In this document: positions 55,551 through 64,000 of the stretch, piece after piece
Numbering within the stretch: the first letter of the stretch is position 1
Layout of the letters: every line of letters begins with the position of its first letter
NCBI GenBank assembly: GCA_964019335.1
Contig: OZ025700.1
Location: forward strand, 248,001-312,000
Length of the DNA stretch: 64,000 bases
Reading direction: 5' to 3'
Source of the DNA: Diplonema japonicum
Lineage: Eukaryota; Protista; Euglenozoa: Diplonemea
The notes under the pieces: model-generated
Seen by the model: only the letters and a program-made list of their open reading frames with translations
Database searches by the model: none
What the model was told of the DNA's origin: nothing
Translations under genes and position numbers: made by a program

Positions 55551-57095
55551 CCCCTAAACGCCCGGAGCCTATCTACGGTACCCCCCCATTTTCGTTGTTG
55601 CTTTGAATACTCAAAAAAAAGGCAGCATGCAACCATAGGAAGGTGCAAGGAAAGGGTAAACGGTACTAAAATTTTCAATTCCAGGTGCCAGATTCAGATG
55701 AGAACTTAACTATGTGTGTAAGAGGGGGGTTGTGGGGGTACTTTTTATGTCCGATTTTGGGGGGTCTTGTCGTGGGGGGTCCGTGGAGTTATGGCTGGGC
55801 TAAATAGGGCAGCATTCAGCCCTATTTGGTGCCCTGAACTCTAGGATTGAGGTCAGTCTGGAGACTTTTTGGGGCTGTGGGATGAAAAAAGCAACTTATG
55901 AGTTTTTTTTCCAGCTGGGGTAGCATGCAAGGGTAAAAAACACGTTTTGCATAAGGGGGTTTTGCAACAGGGGCACCACGTTTGCACCTTCTTCCCGCAC
56001 CCAGGAACAGCATCCTCACCTTCGTTCCGTTCATCATGGTCTCGGAGGTGTGATTTAGGGTCAAATCGAGACGTTTTGGGTATTTCTGAGTGAGGGAATC
56101 CTCATTGCTGGCGTGTTTGCGCTTGGGGGTCGGTGACGGTGTTGTCGGGGGTGTGTGCTATCGGTTTTTGGGGCATGGGTGAGAAGCTTGCCAACAAGTT
56201 CTTCTTTGAAGCTCGGGAAGCCATATTTTTTGCCACATTCCTTGCTCTTCTTCCAGATTATGGAGGAGTTGGCAACACGGATGCCCACCGAGTTGTTTTT
56301 TCGTGGTTCCATGACTTTTATTGTTGTCGGGATAACACTGTCGTCAACAGACAACCACTTGCCAGGGATCCGCACAGTCCTACACCGGTTGACAATGATG
56401 TCAAGAAACCTACGCATGAGGCGCAGTTTCAGGCCTTACTGATGTTTCCAGGTTGTCAAAGGTCGGCGCTGTATGTCAACGAATCGGTTTCCTCATATTC
56501 TCAAAAGCCGGGATGGTTAAATTAGAATTGGTTGTCCAGTAGCTCTTCATATTCGGTGCCGAGCGTAACCCCATTAACAGGACCAACCCAAGCCAAATTT
56601 TGTACTCTGGGATGGAAGGATTCAGATTCCGCTGTTTTTTTTGAACCGAAACGACCGTTCGTGGAAGAAACTATGAGCTCAAGGACCGCGTGTGTAAAAA
56701 AAAAAAGATTAAAAACACCCTCCTCATTGGTCGCTTCACCTAGAGGTGTCCTAAGCCCACCTTTTCACGGAAATGATATGTTTCGGGCCTTTGGGAGTAT
56801 TTCTCCCACCCAAGCATCGTTTCCGGCCCCTCTTTGACCGCCTCATCGTCTTTTTCTTCTTTATCTGACCAGTCGGGGAGACTCACGTTTTCGCTGCTAT
56901 TTTGACCATCTGATTTCATTTTAAGCCAGCCCTGCCGGTTTCAATTAAAACAAAACTTTTAACGCAAAATGTAGTTCCAAGACAAAATAAACCGCGCAAC
57001 ATTGCCATATTTTGAAGTCCAGGGGCCGTGTTCAAAAAAAAGTACTTAGCGAAAAAGCAAATTTTGAAATAAGGACAAAAACGTCCGCGTAGGGG
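55551..57095 (-). mobile_element. Degenerate piggyBac-superfamily transposon inserted in the tandem array
   Basis: Fragment RRFLDIIVNRCRTVRIPGKWLSVDDSVIP (PGBD motif). Termini CCCCTA...TAGGGG flanked by ATAA on both sides (55547-50, 57096-99). Confidence 0.7.
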
Positions 57096-57397
57096 ATAAA
57101 AATATAAGAAAAGCGGAAACACCCCCTCGGGGGGCAGAGGGGTGAAGAGTCGTACAAACAAACAAAGTTGCAACGAAAAGGAAGACCTCCTAGCTAAAGG
57201 AGGGCCCCCCACCGTCGCTGTGTCATGTGGTGTGGGGGGAGGGAGTCGAATTGTTTAAAGGGTGCTACTTTGCACCTGCTTCTTTTTTTTCTTTTTTTTT
57301 TTGTAACATCGAATGTTTGGTTTAATACAAGAATAAACAACCACACCCTGTTATAAGGTGTTCAGGAAGTGGTTGTCTGTGAAACTATCCCTTGCCT

Positions 57398-57727
57398 TCA
57401 GTAGTAGTACGCCCTGGGGCTCACGACAGTGTCGTAGTAGCGCGGAGAGGCCAAGGCGTCGTAGTAACGAGGGGAGGTCGCCGAGGTGTAGTAAGCATCA
57501 CGGATGCGCCTCGCAGAGGCATCGGCCTCCACACGAGCTGTCGCTGCAGCCACATCAGCAGCCACACCGTAGGTGGTGCTGTAGGCAGAGCTGTAGTAAG
57601 GTGTGTAGGCCAAGGAAGTGGTGTAGGGGACGGTGGCACGTGCAACAGCAAGGTCGGCCTCAGCACGAGCAACAGCAACATCGACAGAGGTCACCCTCGG
57701 GGACACAGGTGCGACGTAGTAGACCAT
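57398..57727 (-). CDS. Tyr/Ala-rich SPRYY-repeat protein, copy 3 (109 aa)
   Basis: Protein identical to copy 2. Confidence 0.85.
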   Translation of the reverse strand: MVYYVAPVSPRVTSVDVAVARAEADLAVARATVPYTTSLAYTPYYSSAYSTTYGVAADVAAATARVEADASARRIRDAYYTSATSPRYYDALASPRYYDTVVSPRAYYY

Positions 57728-58193
57728 TTTATTTTTGGAGTGAAAAGGGAAGGGTGTGTGGAAAACTGTGAATAAATGTCTTCAAGTTGCAAAGGCTGAA
57801 TCGACGACAGCTCTTTCTCCCAAGCACCGGGAATACCACCTGTTGGTCATGGAGACGGTCAAGAAAGTAAAACATAAAAAAAGAAGAAAAAAACTATGCG
57901 GAACACCCCTCGGGTGGGCAGAGGGGTGTAGAGTCGGTACAAACAAACAAAGTGCAACGAAAAGGAAGTCCTCCTAGCTAAAGGAGGGCCCCTACCGTCG
58001 CTGTGTCATGTGGTGTGGGGGGAGGGAGTAAAACTGTTTTAAGGGTGCTACTTTGCACCTGTTTCTTTTCATCTTTTTTTTTTATTGTATCTTCTTTGGT
58101 TCGCATGTTTGGTTTAATACAAATAAAACAACAACCACACCCTGTTATAAGGTGTTCAGGAAGTGGTTGTCTGTGAAACTATCCCCCTTGCCT

Positions 58194-58523
58194 TCAGTAG
58201 TAGTACGCCCTGGGGCTCACGACAGTGTCGTAGTAACGCGGAGAGGCCAAGGCGTCGTAGTAACGAGGGGAGGTCGCCGAGGTGTAGTAAGCATCACGGA
58301 TGCGCCTCGCAGAGGCATCGGCCTCCACACGAGCTGTCGCTGCAGCCACATCAGCAGCCACACCGTAGGTGGTGCTGTAGGCAGAGCTGTAGTAAGGTGT
58401 GTAGGCCAATGAAGAGGTGTAGGGGACGGTGGCACGTGCAACAGCAAGGTCGGCCTCAGCACGAGCAACAGCAACATCAACAGAGGTCACCCTCGGGGAC
58501 ACAGGTGCGACGTAGTAGACCAT
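58194..58523 (-). CDS. Tyr/Ala-rich SPRYY-repeat protein, copy 4 (109 aa)
   Basis: Tandem paralogue; start set at the shared MVYY. Confidence 0.85.
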   Translation of the reverse strand: MVYYVAPVSPRVTSVDVAVARAEADLAVARATVPYTSSLAYTPYYSSAYSTTYGVAADVAAATARVEADASARRIRDAYYTSATSPRYYDALASPRYYDTVVSPRAYYY

Positions 58524-58899
58524 TTTGTGTTTATAAGGTGTTTTAAGTGGAGTTGAAAGCTGTGGGTGTGCTGACATGAGAAGAACATGAAATAATAGAA
58601 ATAAGTAAAAATTAAACTAAAAGCGGAAGAGGGGTGAAGAGTCGGTACAAACAAACAAAGTTGCAACGAAAAGGAAGTCCTCCTAGCTAAAGGAGGGTCC
58701 CCCACCGTCGCTGTGTCATGTGGTGTGGGGGGAGGGAGTCGAATTGAAAGGGTGCTACTTTGCACCTGTTTCTTTTTTTTTTTTTTTTTTTCCTTCTTTT
58801 TTTTTTGCATCTTTCTTGGTTCGTTTAATACAATAAACAACCACACCCTGTTATAAGGTGTTCAGGAAGTGGTTGTCTGTGAAACTATCCCCCTTGCCT

Positions 58900-59229
58900 T
58901 CAGTAGTAGTACGCCCTGGGGCTCACGACAGTGTCGTAGTAGCGCGGAGAGGCCAAGGCGTCGTAGTAACGAGGGGAGGTCGCCGAGGTGTAGTAAGCAT
59001 CACGGATGCGCCTCGCAGAGGCATCGGCCTCCACACGAGCTGTCGCTGCAGCCACATCAGCAGCCACACTGTAGGTGGTGCTGTAGGCAGAGCTGTAGTA
59101 AGGTGTGTAGGCCAAGGAAGTTGTGTAGGGGACGGTGGCACGTGCAACAGCAAGGTCGGCCTCAGCACGAGCAACAGCAACATCAACAGAGGTCACCCTC
59201 GGGGACACAGGTGCGACGTAGTAGACCAT
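58900..59229 (-). CDS. Tyr/Ala-rich SPRYY-repeat protein, copy 5 (109 aa)
   Basis: Tandem paralogue; start set at the shared MVYY. Confidence 0.85.
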   Translation of the reverse strand: MVYYVAPVSPRVTSVDVAVARAEADLAVARATVPYTTSLAYTPYYSSAYSTTYSVAADVAAATARVEADASARRIRDAYYTSATSPRYYDALASPRYYDTVVSPRAYYY

Positions 59230-59532
59230 TTTATTTACTTTTAGAGTGAAAAAAGAAGGCGTGTGTGGAAAACTGTGAATAAAAGTGTTCAAGTTGCAAA
59301 GGCTGAATCGACGACAGTTCTTTCTCCCAAGCACCGGGAATACCACCTGTTGGTCATGAAGACTGTGACCACGGCAGCTACTAAGGTGTGGTGGAGTTTC
59401 CAAAAAGATAGCCGGAATAAAACAAACAATAACAGCAACTAAAAAAAAAAAAAAAAAAAAGAATCCTCCCCACTTCGGTAGAAAAAGGCTCTTTCAATTC
59501 ATCCATTCTCCCCCACCCCCCCCTTTTTTGTT

Positions 59533-59569
59533 TTAACCGTATGCAACGGTACTGATGGTGTCGGGGAGC

Positions 59570-59600
<31 letters not shown>

Positions 59601-60470
59601 CCTTTCCGAATTTAAATTCCCCGCATACCCAAAGGAATCTAAGCCACCTACCGAATGTGGGCATGACGTACTCGAAAAAGGAAATGATAGTAGAGGTCCA
59701 AGACTGCATGGGATGCTTCTTCCGCGTGTTTTGCGGCGAAAACAAATCGTCGGCATAAAAGGATTCCCTGTTGTGTACCATTTCTCCTCCCTCCCCCCCA
59801 AAAAAAGGAAAACATACGTATAAGTAGAATTTGTTTCGACACCTTTCAGCTTTTTGCGGATGTAGAGGGACTCGGCTTCTTTCTCGTAATCTCTGCGTTT
59901 ACCAGTTGCGAATAGTCGGCCTTCACGGGCCATGGAATCCTCGGCCACGGCGCTGGCGAACCAGATTTCAATGAAATTCTCAATAAGGACCCATGCGGTG
60001 CAGGCGGCAATCCCGAATTGAACTAACCAAACAGTAACACGCTGCCGCTCCACACCGACATCGACGTAATCATCGTACATCCTCATTTTCCCCTTGCGGT
60101 ACTCCCATTGGGTGGACTCTTCGTTGTAAGTGTACTCGGGTTCGTGTCTTGTTACTGTTTCATCGACATCTTGCTCGTCTTTCTCGCCTAGTCTTACCAA
60201 GACGAATTCTTTCGATGTCATTAGCTTGTTGAATTTTTCCTCGCTGCCTCCGGGTCTGTCCGGGTGGTACTGCATTGCAAGCTTTTTGAAATGGTTCTGC
60301 ACCTCAGCGGGCGTGCTGAACCTCGTCACCCCGAGGATCTGAAACGGGTCGTTGCTCTCAATGTCATGCACGATACCCTCGCCCCCTCCCTCACCCACGG
60401 TACCCCATCTCCTCCCTGTCCGCAACCTTGATATCCTCCCTAACGCCAACACGCTTCGTCGAATATTCAT
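59533..60470 (-). CDS. DnaJ-domain membrane protein, probably mitochondrial; exons 60470-59818, 59767-59629, 59568-59533
   Basis: Arg-rich presequence, DPFQILGV...YHPDRPGGSEEKF J-domain, TM. Introns 59768-59817 (phase 2) and 59569-59628 (phase 0). Confidence 0.82.
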
Positions 60471-60584
60471 TTATTATTTTTTAAATGCCACCTTTCTTTT
60501 AAAAAAAAAAAAAAAAAGGCGATGTTTAAGGGCAAATCCACTCGAGGACGACCCTTAAAAAAATTACAATATGACCGGTTAAAG

Positions 60585-61687
60585 CAGGCCCCCCGGTAAG
60601 GTGGGGATAGACCTGCGATCGCCGGTCTAAGCAATTCTTTTTGAAAACGTCGCCGGCCTACGTAGATCGGCGAATTTCTAGTACCTGCGGTAGGCCATAA
60701 GGGGGCAGGGGTGCGGGCCCCCTTTGTGAGGAATTTTTCTCTTTTTATTAATCAAGGGGTGAGTGGTTTTAGTCCGCATTGCATTGCCTGCACCCACTGA
60801 ATAATAAACTGCAGAAGAGTTCCCTCCCCATCGGTTCTGTGAACGGGTGCTTGATGGAGCAATCATGAAGCTCGCTGAATCGGCAGCTCATGTCGAGAAC
60901 CCCCCATGGACGAACTTTTGCGTGTCCCACGGAGTCCAACTCAGTTCCACGGCATCCAGTCTGTACCACGAAAAGGTACACAAACCGGACTTCAGCGCTC
61001 TGAGGGCAACGTGAAGCAGCGGTTAGCGCCGCAGCCGGAGTTGCAAGCTGCCGGTTTATTCGATCTTGACCATAAAATCCATGCAGGGGACAGGCCCGAA
61101 ATCGAAACAGCTAAGCAGTTGGTCGAACCGCTGCTTCACCACTTAGGCAATCAGTTCTCCATAGAACTTGGCAAAGAGGCAAAGGATAAAGTGTGGAAGA
61201 GGGTGCAGCAGCTGAAGCCAGATAACTGGGTTAAGGCCGTGCGAGAAGACATCAGTCTAGTGGTGGCTGAGCTTTTCAAGCTCAAGACAAGTTCTTCTCC
61301 CATCAATCAGTTCCTAAGCCCTGCATCGATAGAGTTCTTCTTGCTGCTATCCGCAATTCCCTGCTCTACAACCTGAGAAACTGAACTGTTTATTGGTGAT
61401 AAGCACGGAGGGGGTAGATGTTCCGAGTGAAGACTTCATCAGTTGCGTCATAAGACGGTTTCATGATATGCCGACAAGCAGACGGCATGTGAACCTTACT
61501 GAGGCTGAGTTTCTGGAGGAGTAGCACAAACGTTCAGGGAGAAAAAAAAAAGTGTTCAAGCCAACGAGAGGCCCAATTAACGTTCACCCCTATTTTTATT
61601 TTTTTTTTTTGAGAAAAAGGGTCAAAAAATCGGCCAAAAAGCACCGCAGGTCTATCGAAAAAAACCCATTTTGAACCGGGGGCCCTG
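60585..61687 (+). mobile_element. hAT-like non-autonomous or decayed DNA transposon (1.1 kb)
   Basis: TIR CAGG(C/G)CCCCCGGT, inner 12-bp IR gatagacctgcg (60606-17 / 61645-56), flanking direct repeat GTTAAAG. ORF 60906-61376 ends LLLSAIPCSTT*E, resembling the hAT dimerisation motif. Confidence 0.7.
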
Positions 61688-61774
61688 GTTAAAGTGACAT
61701 TTTTTTTTTTAAAAAAAACTTTTTTAAAGTGATGGGGGGAGGAGTTACAGAAGTATCCACACCCCGCCATTCTT

Positions 61775-63967
61775 TTAAGGGAATTTTACAGTTGAATAGA
61801 ACCGTCTGCGCGTTCGTAGGTAGTGGAGGTGGCGTTTTGCGACGCAGCACCGCCACGCCTTTTGGATGACGATGATGCACCTGTCTCGCAACGAGAAATA
61901 GTCCGCAACGTGTAAGGCGACTGCTTGAAGACGAAGCTTGTCACGAAACCACTGTTGTATAGTGCGGGAACAGTAGTTTCGACGAAAGGCGAATATGGGG
62001 AGGTATTTAGAACGGACAGAGAACACCCGCCAAGCCGACTGGATGTCAACAGCGGCGAGGATTCTGCAGGCTTCTAACTTGTGCTGCTGGACACTGATGA
62101 TACGGCGTTGCTGGGCGATTCTCTTCTCCTTCTGCCACCACCTCACCATGAGCAGACCTTTGAACACCTTCTGTATTTTTATCGCAGCGTCGCACTGTTT
62201 CATCAATATATCTCTGTCTTGCCTTTCCTTCTCCTTCTTCACGTGTCGCCATATATCTCTTCCTTTTTTCCCCCTCCAGGCTCTTTGGATAACGCGTACC
62301 GTCAAGGCCCGGCCTCGTTCGCGTTTGTTTTCAGCCTTTTCCCTCTCTCTGTCTTTCATTTCTTTCCACCATCTGCATATTCTTAATGCGGCGTCTGATC
62401 GCTGCCGTGCTGCGTTCTCGATTTGCATTCTTCTCTGCCAGACGGCAGCTTCCTTGGCGAGTGTTTCGAACTTTGCATTCTGCCGTCTCGCTAACGCTTC
62501 CTTCATCACCCTTCGCATGTTCACGGGGCCTTGTGCATTGGGTGACTGCGCATTGTCTACCAGTGGCGCTTTTCCCTGCTTTTCGACACGTGGTGAGCAT
62601 GGCGTCTTTAATTTTTCAGGCTTAGCCGATAGTTTAGCATGGTCTGGCTTTGTGTGTGTTACCGTAGCGCGGGGCACCTCTGGTGTCGCAGGCGGTGTGT
62701 GCGGGTTCGGGATGAATATTTTAACATTCGTGTGTGAGCTTTCTGGTGTCAAAAGTTTTCTGTTCGAAGCCGACGACTCGGAGCTGCACGGGGTGGGGCC
62801 CAGGGACCTGTCCGGGTTGTCCCGCAGGATCGTCTTCGCTGACAGTATCCCAGACGTCGGGCTTACCACAGGGGAGTGCCTCAATTCGGATTTCTTCTTT
62901 TTCAACATGCTACGCTGTCGGGAAGCAGTCTTCACAGGCACAGGTTTCCCCATCAGTTGCGCACGCACGACCTGCACCTGTCTTTCGAGTTGCCTCAGTT
63001 TCTGATGCAGCTGCTCCTTCTTCGCGGGTGATGGAAGCGGTGGCGTCCCTTTCCCCGAGTCTGGAGTCAGTCTCGAAGACACACTCTCAGCTCGCTTCGT
63101 ATTCTTTGAGGGGGTTGTCTTCGAACTCTTCCTCCGAGGGGGCTTGTGGACGGACTTCTTCTTAATAGGTGGGGGCATAGGTCGGTGTGTTTTAGGATTG
63201 GTCGACGGCTCTGCTGGAAGGATGGGAACTGGCGGCGAAGGCACCACGGGTGTAGCAGCGTTCAACGGTGGGGGTACTGGCACGGGTGGACGGGGTTGGA
63301 GCGACGTACGTGTGTTTACAACAGCTGGAGCAGGCGGGACATCAGCTACAGATGGAGGAGTGGGCGTTGGAGTGCTGGTGGGTGTACACGACGAGGCCCC
63401 TGCAGGGCACATCGATGCTGAGGAGGTGACTTCCCTGGGCTTCGGGGTGGGGATGTTGCGTTCTAGGATCTCTTCTTCATCACCAGTCGAGGAGTTTATG
63501 TCTTCATCTTCTTCTTCTTCTTCTTCTTCTTCTTCTGCCTTGTGGGGCATATTTTTGCCACCATATGCAGTGACCTCCCTCCCGCGCCCTGTTGGTTCCG
63601 GTAGGCTGTACTTCCGTACCATCCTGCAGCTTCCAGCAGACAAAGGCCGCCCAGATGATTCTCGAGACCCTCGCCGGCTGCTCGTTGCTGTTTGGGGTCT
63701 CTCGGGTCTTATCTTCGCCAGCAAGTCCATAGCACTAGTGTACTCAGGCAGCGTAGCAGGCGTGCTCCCATTGCTAGTGTAACTGCCTCCAGCAGCTCTG
63801 CTCAGATCCCTCTCATTCGCCACGCCAGGCAGAGTGGAGTCACTGCTCAACGTCTCGGGCCGCATCATGTACTGGGTGAGGTCGGGGTTCACCGGGGACA
63901 GCTCTCCCGAGCTCACACTGCAGCTGCTGAGACATGTGTTTGGATCAAGCTCAGGGTCCGGTAGCAT
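61775..63967 (-). CDS. Pro/Ser-rich protein with C-terminal IQ calmodulin-binding repeats (730 aa)
   Basis: IQRAWRG, IQKVFKG, IQSAWR, IQQWFR, IQKAWR. Confidence 0.88.
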   Translation of the reverse strand: MLPDPELDPNTCLSSCSVSSGELSPVNPDLTQYMMRPETLSSDSTLPGVANERDLSRAAGGSYTSNGSTPATLPEYTSAMDLLAKIRPERPQTATSSRRGSRESSGRPLSAGSCRMVRKYSLPEPTGRGREVTAYGGKNMPHKAEEEEEEEEEDEDINSSTGDEEEILERNIPTPKPREVTSSASMCPAGASSCTPTSTPTPTPPSVADVPPAPAVVNTRTSLQPRPPVPVPPPLNAATPVVPSPPVPILPAEPSTNPKTHRPMPPPIKKKSVHKPPRRKSSKTTPSKNTKRAESVSSRLTPDSGKGTPPLPSPAKKEQLHQKLRQLERQVQVVRAQLMGKPVPVKTASRQRSMLKKKKSELRHSPVVSPTSGILSAKTILRDNPDRSLGPTPCSSESSASNRKLLTPESSHTNVKIFIPNPHTPPATPEVPRATVTHTKPDHAKLSAKPEKLKTPCSPRVEKQGKAPLVDNAQSPNAQGPVNMRRVMKEALARRQNAKFETLAKEAAVWQRRMQIENAARQRSDAALRICRWWKEMKDREREKAENKRERGRALTVRVIQRAWRGKKGRDIWRHVKKEKERQDRDILMKQCDAAIKIQKVFKGLLMVRWWQKEKRIAQQRRIISVQQHKLEACRILAAVDIQSAWRVFSVRSKYLPIFAFRRNYCSRTIQQWFRDKLRLQAVALHVADYFSLRDRCIIVIQKAWRCCVAKRHLHYLRTRRRFYSTVKFP

Positions 63968-64000
63968 CTCCCCCTCTTTTCTTATACATGAGGACTAGTA

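Larger units (their letters stand above)
53590..59400 (-). repeat. Tandem gene array of 5 units (0.7-0.85 kb) with conserved 3' flanks of about 300 bp
   Basis: Repeated blocks such as aaggaagtcctcctagctaaaggaggg and ccctgttataaggtgttcaggaagtggttgtctgtgaaactatccc beside each CDS. Confidence 0.93.

Noticed and set aside
60579-61692. TTAA at both ends suggesting piggyBac or Kolobok
   Set aside because: The TTAA is part of a longer GTTAAAG duplication, and the TIRs align better starting at CAGG, favouring hAT.
12285-63967. Functional Ca2+/purinergic cluster (IP3R, P2X, IQ, EF-hand, vesicular transporter)
   Set aside because: The genes are scattered among unrelated ones, and polycistronic units are not generally function-sorted; chance is sufficient.

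Overview
Eukaryotic (protist) nuclear DNA. About 28 host genes all lie on the minus strand, some separated by under 100 bp and others by spacers dominated by A/T homopolymers. Short GT-AG cis-introns are present. This fits a polycistronically transcribed euglenozoan with spliceosomal introns, most plausibly a diplonemid (inference; not provable from this window). Host genes include a >2000-aa EF-hand/WD40/CLU-like/TPR protein running off the left edge, B-box-TLDc, an SGNH-type protein, an IP3 receptor, Kelch, an ERI1-like exonuclease, LRR, two MFS transporters, a ThiE/TenI-like enzyme, Rab34/36, VASt, a COPI-associated protein, a stand-alone GIY-YIG protein, a GlgC-like nucleotidyltransferase, a P2X receptor, Fyv7/CCDC59, five tandem copies of a Tyr/Ala-rich SPRYY protein, DnaJ and an IQ protein. 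Mobile DNA: two decayed piggyBac-type elements, a Crypton-like tyrosine recombinase element with a 154-bp hairpin, two copies of a hAT-like family, a Mutator/foldback relic inside the P2X intron, and a 327-bp structured dispersed repeat in two copies. The most unusual signals are: (1) tiny introns with a poly(A) tract where the polypyrimidine tract should be, 15 of 17 reconstructed introns being phase 0 and mostly 3'-located; (2) a ThiE-like gene with no genomic stop codon that runs in frame into an SLC22-like transporter; (3) a P2X intron whose two ends are complementary. All splice models were reconstructed by hand and need RNA-seq confirmation.
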